Shown piece by piece: positions 50,701 through 64,000 of a stretch of 64,000 bases of DNA (position 1 is the first letter of the stretch; every line of letters starts with the position of its first letter). This stretch comes from Raillietiella orientalis (Eukaryota). The translations under genes were made by a program, and so were the position numbers. The DNA is taken from positions 186,001 to 250,000 of the forward strand of contig JAYWIR010000068.1 of the NCBI GenBank assembly GCA_036172245.1, read 5' to 3'. The notes beneath the pieces were generated by a model. That model searched no databases. It saw only the letters and a list, made by a program, of their open reading frames with translations, and was not told the DNA's origin.

Positions 50701-53700
50701 AACTGCTCTTCCGACTCCAGGGTCTCCTCCGTCCTCGGATGGGCCGCAGGGGGGTCTCGACTGCCGCGCGTGTGCACGTGCTGCGTTTCCTTTGAATGGA
50801 AACCCTCACTCTCCTGAACCGGGTGAGTCAGCGTTGTCAAGGCCGAAGGCGCACCGAAGAATGGAAGAACTGCTCAAGAGTTCCCCGGACGGTCTCGTGT
50901 TCCGCCGACGGTGGCCTGCGGCGGTCGCGCGCAGCCAAGAAGCCCGGAAGGGCACCTCCTGTGCGTCAGTTTGGCCACGTTTTGCTGCTCCCTCTCTTCC
51001 TCCGGGAGGAAGAAGGAAGGAAGGAAGGGAAGAAAAGGAGGAGGAAGAAGGAAGAAGAGAGTTCTGGGTCCACGCGTGTCTTCTCGGGGTACAGAAAAGT
51101 CGCAAGGGGTCGCTCGCTTGCACGGTCGTTCTGCAGTTCGGCTGTTGAGACCACGCAGCGGGTGTCCACCCGTCCCAGGTGCGTCGCTGCAAGAATCGCG
51201 GCCCCGGCCCGCCCCGGAAGGCGGGAAGAAGAGAGGGACCTCTGCGTTTTCTTTCGGATCGGCCGCGGTGCCTCCGCGTGGGTCGTTAGGGCGCTTTCCG
51301 CTTGGAGACGCCGGCCTCGCACGCCGCCCAGACAGGTCGTCTGCCACGACCTGTCTGGACTGGCGGTAGTTCTGCTGCTGAATTAAAAGATGAAGATTCC
51401 TTCGTGAGGTGGTGGGTGAAGGTGGATCGCTGAGGGCCGCCGCAGGGCCGGGGTGCTGGGCGGACGGTTCGGCTGCTTCCGGATGCGGTCGCGAGCGCCG
51501 CCCATTCGTCCGGCCTAGGGAAAGGCAGCCGCTCTCTGCAGGGCTCTCCCGCGAGCCGCCCTCCGGGGAAGGACCAGACCGCGCGCGCACCTCGGGAAGG
51601 GGACCTGTTGACCTTGCAAGCCGCATCACGGAGCAGCTCGCCGCTCGGATCGTTCCCGGACGCTGCTGGCACGCGCTTCTGCTTTTCTCCATCGCACTGT
51701 GTGACACATCTCTAGCAGTGAACACGGGCCCCCGGGAACAGTGCCGCTCCCGTGGAGCTCGGCTCGGGACGAGGGGGATTCGCAGCAGTCTGCGGGGTTT
51801 GGAGGTCAGCAGGTCGCATTGCGCGCGAGTGCACACGTCTCGCGATGCACCTCCTGCGCCCACCCGGCAGCAGGCGGACGTCGCCCGCTTTGCGGTGAGC
51901 GATGCCGGGGCTCGTGAAGTTCAGCCACAGGCGGCGAGGGTCGCTGAAGAACTGCGGCCTGCCGCCGCAGTCTGTCGCTCGGGGCGGGGTGCAGGGGAGG
52001 ACGACGAGGGGGGGGGGGCATCACTTCGGAAGAAGCTCGACCGTCGTTGTGGAGACGCGCCCCGCTCTCGACTTTCGAAGGAGGGCCGCCGCGTCATTCC
52101 ACCAGTGCAGCCTTACCCTCTCGACATCCTCGACTTCCGGCCCAGGAGATCCCGGGCCTGAGCAGGCACCTTTGTGTAAAGGAAGAGGTGGGTGTCGCGT
52201 GGGGCGTCTGAAGGAGCTGCGGTCGTTCGGCAGACCTCCTCGGGCTGCTGCCTCCGCGAGGGGGGGCAGGCAGAGGTTGGAAGAGCAGCGGTCGGCACGT
52301 TTTTGTCGGTAGCGTTGGAGCCGAAGTTTCCGTTTGCCAGCGCATCCACGGTCAGCGTGCTGGTCGCCTTTTCTTTTGCCAGAAGCGTTGAGGGGGCTCC
52401 TTTCCTTCACGGGAGGTCATCGCGTCACTGAGGAGGCGTCCTCTGCATCGGGCGGTCCGCGGACGTCACACCGGCGTCGTGCTGAGCGCATCGGAGCCAA
52501 GCCGGCAGGCGTTTAAGGGTCCGCGACGTCCGTCCGGCGGATTCCGTTGTCAGCGAGGAGACGGACAGAGCAGAACGGGCACGCGCGCATGTCGCCGAAT
52601 ATCGATCACCCCTCCCCCCCCCCGTGTCCGTGTGCAAGTCGTTTCCGGGCGCCCGACTTTGCGCTCCCGTCACAACGATTCCGCCTCCACGCGCGGCAGG
52701 GGCTCATGGGTGCGCGACCCGGGTGGTGCCCGCCCCCGCGCGGCTGGCCGCGGAGGGAGTGCCCGAGACACCCCTCCTCCCCCTCTTTCGTGGATTATGT
52801 GCCAGGGCGTGCGTCACGCGAAAGCCCTGCTCCTCCTCGGACGAGGTGGCCTTACGGCGTCGACCAAACCGTCGTCTGAGCTCGAGAGAAAGGGGAGGCC
52901 TCCCTTCGTGCAGAGGAGGGCGGCGATGCGCGCGTCCGGCGTGGGCGGGCGGGGAGCGTGGATCTCGCTTCCGTCTTTGGCCCAGGAGACGCATTCGCTG
53001 CTCCAGGAATCCGTGCCCTTCTCAGGAAAGGATGTGGCACGGATTTTCGAAATCCCTGCCAAGGGAAGCACCAATGAACCGGTCTTCACAGAGTCCCTGT
53101 GATCTTGCGGAGAGAGGAGGGAAGGTCGTACTTTTTCCTTGTTTTTTTTTTGGGGGGGGGGGGGGGGGAGACGTCCACGGGATACTTGGCATGAGAGCAC
53201 TCAGCCCCCTCGACGAGGTGTTTGTTTTCCACATTCCCATCCAGGCGAGGTGGCAGCAGCCAAACCACTGGCTGCTGTCGGGATCCTCTCCGTGCACAAC
53301 GGTCGAAGAAGAAAAAGCGACCATCGCACGGCGTTTATTTTCTGTGTGGGATGCAAGCGGACGAGGCGTGCCTGGCAAACCTGCGCTACTTCTTAGCGAC
53401 CCTATGCGCGCACTTCCAATTACCGCAAGGGCAGCTTCTTTTGGATTTTCTTCCCCGTTGGTTTCGGTTTCGTGGCTGACCTCGGCTGAGCTCACGTGTC
53501 AGTGATGTCGGTGCTTGGAAGGCGCCATCTTGCGGGCAGCTGCGGGCCGCGGCTCCGCGTGCCCGAGCGTCCCCAAGAGGTCACTGTCTGCGTTTCGTAA
53601 AGCGGAGGGCACCCGCGAAAGCGGAAACGCGCGAACGCATTGGGCGCACCCCTGCGGTCTTTGGTGCTCTTCCTTCCTCTTCTCCTTCTCTTCCTCCCTT

Positions 53701-54168
53701 CCTCTTCCTTCCTCCCCTTTCGCGCTGAGAAGGACCTGGCTAGCCTTCTCAGCGTGACCCCGGGCTGTGCGGTGCTCCGTGCGTGTCGCAGGTTGCCACG
53801 CGGGAATTCGGATGAATGGACCAGCGGCGTCTCACGCTTAGTCACACACCGAGGGCGCCGCGGGGAATTCCCTGCGGAACTTGGGGGGAGCTGCACAGGC
53901 ATGCGCTCCTTTTCCTCCCCCCACCCTGTAGTGGCTCCCGGAGACTTGCTTCCGCGTTCGGGAAACCATTGCCCCTTTGCCCTCGAGCGAGCGACTTTTC
54001 CTCCCGCCCTCGCCCCAAGGGGAGCCGCGCTTCCGTGCGGCGCACGGCAGAACCTGTGCTCTCCCGGCTCACCGAGGCGTCTTTTTCCAGATACCGGCAG
54101 AAGACACCCCAAAGAAAATATTCCGACTCGTGGAGGAGGCTCTCGATAAAATCCTGAATAGCCCCTGA
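47745..54168 (+). CDS. AK1: Adenylate kinase, AK1 (short-LID, cytosolic) type; start exon lies upstream (candidates 42875 or 43430)
   Basis: Exons 47745-47796, 48557-48720, 49850-49966, 50023-50208 and 54091-54168 are GT-AG and in phase. They give [84 protein letters not shown]. Confidence 0.94.
49320..49470. repeat. Polypyrimidine (CCT/CTT) low-complexity tract in an AK1 intron
   Basis: Directly visible; similar tracts at ~51005-51062 (purine) and ~53665-53720. Confidence 0.85.
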
Positions 54169-55032
54169 TGATCCTTCCCCACGGCCACCGGCACAATGGA
54201 CGCGGTTAGACAGTTTCGGAAAATACACGTGATGAAATGGAGACCATCGCAGCAACCTCCTCCGCCAGAGGCGAAGCTCCTTCCAGCTCTTTGCATTCCT
54301 GTTGGGTTTCGACCTGGCTGCTCAGCGTCGCCCGCGGAGTCCGCGCGTCCATTTTCCTATGCGTTCCTCTGGTACTTCCCGCTGCGTGCCCCCACGCGCT
54401 GCTCTGCTCGCGCCCTCCCGCTTCGGGCGGCCCCGAGGAACCGAAATCGAAGGCAACGTGCGAGCCGCCGCTGCCCAGCCCTCAAGGTGGCGCCCTGCGC
54501 CGAGGCACCTCCTGGCCGCTGCTGCAGGGCCCCCTGTTCTCCCTCAGGTGTCTCGACTTGGGCGCGCGCAGCCGCGGATGTACCACCGGCGGGTGCGTGG
54601 GCGAAGCCGCAGCCACGGCGAGCGCCTCAGCGCAGCAAACGGCACCGCGTAATGCACGCGTCCGGATGCTGCGCGCCCGTTAAGCGATCGCGCGCAAAGT
54701 AAATGGCTTCACCAAAGTGCCTAAACTCTTCGATCCGTAAGCAGAAGTTCAGCGGCCCCCGGTCGAAGTGCCTTTGCGATTCCTCCTCTCCCCGTCTCCG
54801 GCTCGAAATCCTCGCGGCCTTCTTCCTTCGCGTCCGTCTCGAAATCCTGACCAGAAGCGCCGGTTGCACGAGACGCCTTTCCTCGACGACAACCGGACGC
54901 ACAGTCGCGCCTCTTCGCGTGCCACCCGAGGAGGGACGCGGTGCCGGGGGCGTGGTGTGACCAGCGCGGCCGTGGAAGATCCAGTCCCAAAAGCTGAGGA
55001 TCGCACCGCGTCACCCGGGGTGCGCCGGGGCG

Positions 55033-55815
55033 TTTGTTTCTATAAGAACAAACATTTGCAGTAGATTGTGGTTGGACCGGTCGTCCAGCCACGTCCGTTT
55101 CACCGGGAGCCTGCCGGGTTACCGGTTCGCAGACCGCTGAGGTCCGCCACGGAGACGGAGCGGAGGGGGCAAACGAAAAGAATAAAAAGGAAACGAAAAG
55201 TAAAAATAAATGAATGAACCTTGGGGGTGCGGCGGGATCGACTCCGCCGACCCGCGACCTGGCGCAGTTCGGGGATGGAACCCCTCCGGCAAGGAGGCTG
55301 CCGGGCCCGTTGCACCTGGAATCCCCGGTGCACCAACAGCGGCGCAGTCTGCTTTCCATGACAGCGGGGAACGCAGGAGTGTTTAGGCACCGTGTAGGAG
55401 TGACCGCAAGTTCCCCGGGGGCGCCACTCGTGAGTTGACTCCACCGAAGGAGTCCCGTCGCCCACAGTATGCAGGAGTGGCAGCGTCCACCAACTTTTGC
55501 GTCTTCCACTTGCCAAGCAGTTTCCTCTTTCCTGCGATGGTGCAGGAAAACTTCCACCTCGCCGGTTGGCAGTCGTCCTCGCTTGCTTTCAGGGCAGACA
55601 GCGCTGCAGCAAGGGGTGTGGCAGCCAGGGTCGACCGCTTCGTCGAGTTCCGCAGTGCTTCTTTCATTGGATGGTCGAGATGTCGCAAGGGGTCAAATTC
55701 TACCGGGATGACCTCCGCGTGCCCAGCCCAGCACAAAATTTGCGATGGTGCAGGGGAAACTCCCGCCCCTCCGGCAGGCAACTGAAGTCGATTTCCACCC
55801 GGATGCGCCGCAGCG
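55033..55815 (-). mobile_element. 5'-truncated copy of the L1/Tx1-like family
   Basis: Minus-strand RLQLPAGGAGVSP (LP..GGLG.P-like) and KLVDA..YCG, then the family 3' UTR CCGTGGCGGACCTCAGCGGTCTGCGAACCGG..GTGGCTGGA..TCCAACCACAA. Confidence 0.68.
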
Positions 55816-56450
55816 TTTATTTGAAAACAAGCATAATACAAAAATACTACAGAAATTGTGGTTGGACCAGTAATCCAACCACAATCGCAATTTAAAGAAG
55901 ACCTGCCGGGTCACAGACCGGCGCGGTCCGCCACGGCAGCAGAGGGAAGGGGGCAAACAGAAAAATACAAATAAATACACTATGGGGAGGTTTGGGAAGG
56001 GATCACTGTCTGCTGGTGGCGGTCCGATCCATTCTCTCCAGGATGTCGGCAAGCTCTTCCTGAGTGTTGACTCCCAGGTGGGGCCATCGCGTTGCTATCC
56101 TGATGAATCGGATGGCTATCCTGTCGCCGGATCCTCCCGTTGCCTTGCTCCAAGCAGCGACGATCCCGCGTAGGCAGCACAAGGCTGCCAGGAAGGCCGC
56201 TGGCCGAAGGGCGTCGCGAACGAAGAGGGGTTTTAAAGCGTCCCTGGAGTTGCCTCCGGGGGTTTCCAGGGCCGCGACAAAGCTTTCTCACAGGGGCCGG
56301 AGGGCAGGCAACTCAGTCCACCAACAGGTGAGAGAGGAATTCACGTTCCCCGCACTTGATACAGTTGGCGTCGACCCCCTCCCCCCCGCGTCCGGTGATG
56401 TCGGCGTGCGTTGCACGGGAGACCCCAGTGCAACACCGACAGCGCGGCCT
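55816..56450 (-). mobile_element. 3' portion of the L1/Tx1-like family
   Basis: Minus-strand GVDANCIKCGEREFLSHLLVD (zinc finger), nucleotide similarity to 30200-30600, a perfect 12-bp terminal hairpin at 55855-55885 and an AAATAAA end at 55816. Confidence 0.75.
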
Positions 56451-58214
56451 CCAGGCAAGAGGTCGACATGGAAAATCGAAAAGTGTTGACGGTCCCCAAC
56501 ACACGCGGCGACGAGTTGCATAACGCCAAGTTGTGAATTGATGACCGTCTTGGGTGCAGAGGCGCTGTGTGACCCCCGAGGAAGAAGGGGTGGTGCTGCC
56601 CGTGTCTCAGGCAGTTGCACGCACCGCGCATTGCTGCCACTCCTGCGTCCGTTTTGCCCTTGGCGCTGACAGCGCTCTGGACGCCGTCTTTCTCGCTGTC
56701 CAGGTTTTGCGGTGTTCCCAAGCGCGTTCGCGGCGAGGCATAATAGGAAGCGGAGCCGACGGAATGATCTGAAGCATCTTCGCTGGCTCTCGCTTCTTTG
56801 ATCTTCGCCTTTGTCGCACTCGCCGTTGTCGTCCGGCGGAATCGAAAGTGGTCAGGAGCTTCCTGCGTGTTCTCCCTTTCGCCTATCGCACCTCGCTCGG
56901 GTACATGGAAGACCTCTTTCGTGAACACTCCCGTCCGCACGTACCACGGACGGTGCCATGGATGGAGGAATTTGCTGGCGCCAATCTCCTCGACTTGGGC
57001 ACGGAGCGTAGAAGAACTGCGCCACCTTGGGCCTTCCATTTTTAACTTGCCTTTGTCTTACTGTTTCAAAGGCTGGAGAACGGTTTCCCAGCACGTTGAA
57101 GGTCACTCGGTGGGCGCTTCGAAAGAAGCTCGGCAGCCCTCCAGGAAAGTTCCCTCTGGAAAGGGAGCAACCAAACTTAGGCAACCAATCTTTTACTGTG
57201 CCGAGGCACGACTTTCCGGAGTCGTCTTGAAGTCGAAACTCTCGAAACTTCGCATCTTTTGCTGCTCTTCGAGTCGGAAATCCTCCTCGCCTTCTTCAGT
57301 TTCGTAGGGCCGCCTTTGAAAGTTTGTCATTGAACATGATGTAAGAAGAAGAAGAAAAAGCAAGGTTTGCAGTCCATCTACACAATTCTGTGGGTTCAGC
57401 TTGCCATCTGTACAGCTTTTCAGCGACCAGCGTTCTGGTCGCTGAAAAGCACATCTTAAGCTGCTTCATTCACGCGATTTGCATAAAATAGAAATCAACC
57501 TGCTGGAATCAGGTGTTCGCGTGTTCCTTTTAGGGGAAAAAAAAAAAAAACAGCGGAATGGACACTTTTGCCACGAAATTAAACCTTGTCCACGAGGGGG
57601 AGGTTGTACCGCGTTGTACGAGGGGGGACTGTCGCCGTTTCTCCGTGTCGCCGCGCCGTGCGATTCGGAGGGTCTGCCGCTGCACGCAGCTCACAGATGA
57701 GCCGATCCCAGGCTTGATGTGCACCTGATGTGGATGAGTCTAGCAGTTCGAGACATGCAGGTCAGGGAGTCCCACATTTTCCGCGCTTTCGCTGAGAAAT
57801 GGCATCGCGACCTTCGGCCCTACGCATCGGGTCATGGAAATTCATCCAGGTGCGACGAGCAGAACGCCTCGTCATGCCAGCTGACCCCACTGCAGCAGTA
57901 ATTCAGGCTGTTCAGAGACCGACCGCGCGACCCATCTGCAATCGCAAATCTAAAGTCAGGTTGCCCCCCCCCGCCCCCCCTCTTCAGCCCAGCACGCCCG
58001 GATGATTTTTTTTTTTTTTTTCCTCCGAGGACAGCGTCCCGTCTTGCGAGCAGCTCGCTTTGTCCCAGCGACCAGCAATCTGCTTCCCAGGTTTCCTTCT
58101 CCTGGCTACGTTGAACTCCCGCGGTTCCTCCCATTCCAACGTATCTCCCCATCGACGCCCGAACCCAACATCTATCCAAACAACGATGACAGAGGAAGAA
58201 GAAGAGGGAATTCC

Positions 58215-58341
58215 GATGACTGTCATTCGTCGAGGATTGGATCCACCCATCGCTTCTTTGTACCTCCCGTAATGGTGAATGCCCATTACAGGAGGTACAA
58301 AGGAGCGATGGATGGGTTCCCATCTCCGCAGCACGGTCATC
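58215..58341. other. Long imperfect inverted repeat / hairpin
   Basis: Arms 58247-58275 and 58283-58311 pair over 29 bp (one mismatch, one G-U) around a 7-nt loop, with outer pairing GATGACTGT/ACGGTCATC. Confidence 0.8.
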
Positions 58342-61300
58342 TCCGGGAGGCTGTGGGCAGCTGCTCGGATCAGCTGATTGGATACATCCAGTTCGGAAGG
58401 TGGACCAGCCTGAGCTTCCAGAAACCAATTGTCCCGCGAACGTTGGGTGGATGGTCTCTCTCCTGACTTATTTTCCTGGGGAGGCTTCTTCGTGGGCTGA
58501 AGCACGCTTTTCCCGACATCTGAAGGCGGAATAAACTGCCCATCCTGGGCGTCGTCCACTCGCGTTCCTTGCGGCTCGTCACGAGTCGAGTGGTGGAAAA
58601 AGACTTGAAATGGGCGCACTGTGTTTCGTACAATGTACATTGATTCGAATGATGGAAAAGCACTGGTGAAAAATTCAGTAAGGAACACATCTCGAAAGGA
58701 AACATCTTCGACTTGCCATTAGCGAGCAACTGGTATTTTCGTTGTGCTCCACAATAAATAACGAAAACTCATTTCGATTTTTTATTCTAAAACTCAGCGA
58801 CACCCCACTGACGTTTCACCCGAAAGGGCTTGAAAGATTCGTAAAGGTGTTTGGGGCTTCCATTTTCTGCATCGGCGTCTTCGTGTTGGCTGTGCTATGA
58901 CTTAAAACGAGGCGGAGACGGAGGTCAGTTTCAAGGTGAGGTGCCAGAAAGTGTGAAAGGACACCGCGGTTGTGGTTGAATCAAACGAGATAAGCGCTGA
59001 ATGGAAATGAGGGATAAAAGCAAGCAAAACGAAAACGAAAATTGGATTTTTACGAATACGCCCTGAACACCTTGTTGAAAATTCAGATTTTCCAGTCGGT
59101 GCACGGCAAAAGTGCATGTGATTCCATGGATCAGAGATTCTTTGCCTAAAATCATAAATTCTGTGAATGCGGTTCAAAGAGCATCAAATGTTCTTACAAC
59201 ACTTGCAATTAACATGAAGCGAATCAGAACTGCTGTCGACTTTAATAACAACTATAGAAATAATCAACAAACTAAGATGGAACAAATCATCAAATACTTG
59301 AAAGATTATTCATTCATCTGTTCGCTCTCCTCAGCAACTGACGTAATGGAGCAGCAGTCCTTTTCTTAGGGAGCCAACGACTAACGCAGCCACCGTTGTT
59401 TTTCCTTCTGGCAGCAAGCGGATGCAGCAGCCCTTGCGAGGGAACCGGTTCCTCATGGCAACTCGTGAAAGAGTTCATCCGTGGTGTGTTCTGACATGCA
59501 GTCCAAGGCAGGCGACGGCGAGTGCTTTCGTGTGTGGGTGCCGCGGCCTGCTTGCACCGGTACAAGAAGGCCTAGCCCAAAGAGCCCAAGCCCGCTCTTG
59601 TCTTGTGGAAAAGCTCAAAGCGTGCACAGGTTGGCTGCAGCTGCCCGTCACGAGTCAGAGTCGAGTTGAGCTTCAGGGCTCAACTGCCACTTGTAAGAGG
59701 GATTGAGAGACCACTCGAACTTTCGAAGAGGAGCGGACGACTCGTCTTCGTCTTGGTGATGAAATGAGGTCTTCCGGACGAGATGAAGCGAGCAGCTCGC
59801 GCGAGCACGGTCAAGAACATCGAATTCGGCAATCGAACATGAACATCAGTGCCAGCCCCCCTTAGTTAAGACATTTCTATTTGTAGTTGAATTCCGAAGA
59901 TTTCGCGGAATTGAGGTATTCTTGGAGCAGCTTCGCTCCGGAACCCTCACTAAAACCATATTGCTCGGCTCAGTGGTTCACCGCCTCATCACAGGGTCAC
60001 TGTTCGAAAAAATGGAGATCCCTACGATGGACAGGCGCCAAGATGCACGGAGGATGTTAGTGGGATGACTGACCGCTTGGCTGGTCCAACTCATTCATCC
60101 ACCTTCGGCTCTTAAATGTCGAAAGGGCGGTTTCGTTTGCAGCAGGCGGTGCGGCCATGCCCAGACGCTCGTTCAGAAGCCGAGAAGAGTTCATGCAGTT
60201 TATCGTGAGCTGTTGATAATCATAGAATCTCTGATACAGCACCACTGTTATCACGAAACCATCTGTTGACTGGGAGGTGCATACAGCAAAGAGCGCGTCG
60301 CTGAAGAAGGTGTGCGTAACGGCAAACACTTTGCACGGATCAGCAGATTCGGGTCCGCTGGGGATTTACCGGGAAAAAGCGATCGTGAGAAAGCAAAGGC
60401 CTCCGCCGAACCTCTCGAAACAAACGCCTCTGGAGCCCACGCTCCAGCTGGATCGGAGCACGCCCAAACCGGCGTAGAGTGAAGAGAGTTTCGGCCCCTC
60501 GGGGCCGACGATGAACCCGCTGCGTTCCTTAGGAGGTGTCCTAATCCATTCGTGCCTGGATTTTCGATCCGCTGCGTTGTCCTAGGAGTTTCTGCCAGGC
60601 AAGGAAAGCGTGGAAAAGCACGCCATGCCTTCCAGCTGTCCCGGACAGGCTGTGCACACTACGAACGAGAGGGAGACTACTAAGAGAGGGCACCGCTGCC
60701 TCATCGAACCAAGGACTTGTTAACCAAGTGCTAAGAAACAGGGAGCCGATAGTGCTGCGCGGAAAGTGGCTTTTGCGACTTTCCTCTCCCATCAGGAAGA
60801 CCAGTGTCTCAGACGCAATACGAGCACACGAAAATTCATAACCCAGGAGAGGACCTCAGTGCCGCAAGGGAGGGAAGCACTCCGGCAGTTTCCCAACGGA
60901 AAGCGCCGACGTTGTCGCGGGAATCCCTGGCGGGTGCTGCTGCACCATCAGCCTATTAGAGGCGCGAAAATCCTTCTGTGGACCGAACAGGGGCTGCCGA
61001 TTCAGTCCTCGGGCTAGGACTGCACTAGAAGTCTGCAAAGCGGTCGGACCGCCGGTACTACGGCGAACCCGGCCTTCAGGGCACGCGAAACCACAAGATT
61101 GGGCGGGCACGGGACCGCCATTTCCTTTCAGAGATGGGAGGTGGAGAGACCGTCGACGACCGTGCAGGCCAGAACCGGGTGGAGAGGAGGCGAACCGGGT
61201 CGAGAAGCCATCCCTCGCCTTGAAAACGGACCCCATAGGTCTACAGGCAAATCCCCAACGAAATCGCGTCACCCACCCAAGGCCCTCTCCACGGTTCAAA

Positions 61301-61910
61301 AAGGACGCGGTCCTCACCCCCCACTCCCACAGAGACTTCCCGCTTTGTTTGTTTAACTTGATCGCTCTTGCCTTGCCCTTGAGAAACACACGGCGACTGG
61401 AGACGAACACCCAGTGGATCAAGGACCCAGGCGCCACTGCAGCCACACACCGCTTTGGTTTGCCCAGTGTGGCGTCTTGCGGCGTCACGTGACTTCCTGA
61501 TAATCGATCTCTGTCACCCCGACCCCCCTCCCCCTCCCTCAATCTCTTCAGCACACTGCCGCCCGTCTCGGGGGAAAAACAAAACAAAACAAACGGAAGT
61601 ACCTCGAAGAGCACCTCGCAATTCTTCCTCTTCGGCATGCAGCTCAGCCGGGGTACTCTTCAGTTGGGAGCGGCGGTGACATCATTCGTAGGTCCTGAGA
61701 ACGAAACGAAGCAGCCGAGCACGCTTGGAAGAGCGGGCGACTCATCGTTGGGACTGAAGCAAACCGCTGAAGAATCCCGATCGCCCCCCCCCCCCGCCTA
61801 CGGACGGGGGGAGATTCCGTCACTGCTGGACCAGGCGGCTCCCTGGCGCCGCATCGACCGGATTTCCCGCGGCTGAAACACGCAGTTCCGTGCAGACGGG
61901 GCTGGGAGGT

Positions 61911-61916
61911 TTTATT
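61911..61916 (-). promoter_or_regulatory. Polyadenylation signal of SNRNP200
   Basis: AATAAA on the minus strand about 20 nt downstream of the stop codon. Confidence 0.55.
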
Positions 61917-61936
61917 GAAATCGCGAGCCCATGCAA

Positions 61937-64000
<2,064 letters not shown>

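Noticed and set aside
47809..53505. Many long ORFs (250-395 aa) in the supplied track, here and in other GC-rich blocks
   Set aside because: They are Arg/Pro/Gly/Ala-rich, overlap on both strands and are expected in high-GC DNA; only the short embedded AK1 exons are recognisable.
59350..59870. Possible PPT plus 3' LTR on the minus strand (AAGGGGGG then TG...)
   Set aside because: No partner LTR, TSD or clear pol motif nearby.

Overview
This is eukaryotic (metazoan, probably nematode-like) genomic DNA: the genes are spliced, many GT-AG introns are only 40-60 nt, and acceptors are TTTCAG-like. Five conserved genes can be assembled by hand: the 3' end of an ATG11/FIP200 (RB1CC1) Claw-domain gene (+), UBAC1/KPC2 (-), a SIRT1/sir-2.1 sirtuin (-), an AK1-type adenylate kinase (+) and the 3' end of the BRR2/SNRNP200 helicase (-). 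There is also a small orphan K/E-rich ORF. Most of the remaining sequence is old, frameshifted retroelement debris, and most long GC-rich ORFs in the supplied track look spurious. The most interesting structure is a decayed L1/Tx1-like non-LTR retrotransposon family with at least six 3' ends in the window. Its 5' end is a tRNA-like (Pol III A/B box) head followed by a conserved ATG, its 3' UTR carries a covarying double stem-loop, and copies sit head-to-tail on their own AATAAA tails. Other leads are a possible myristoylated AK1 isoform, a possible spliced C-terminal extension of the FIP200 Claw domain and a pre-miRNA-like hairpin. No prokaryote-type system (CRISPR, defence operon) is visible. 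All homology calls come from remembered motifs, not database searches, and repeat boundaries are approximate.
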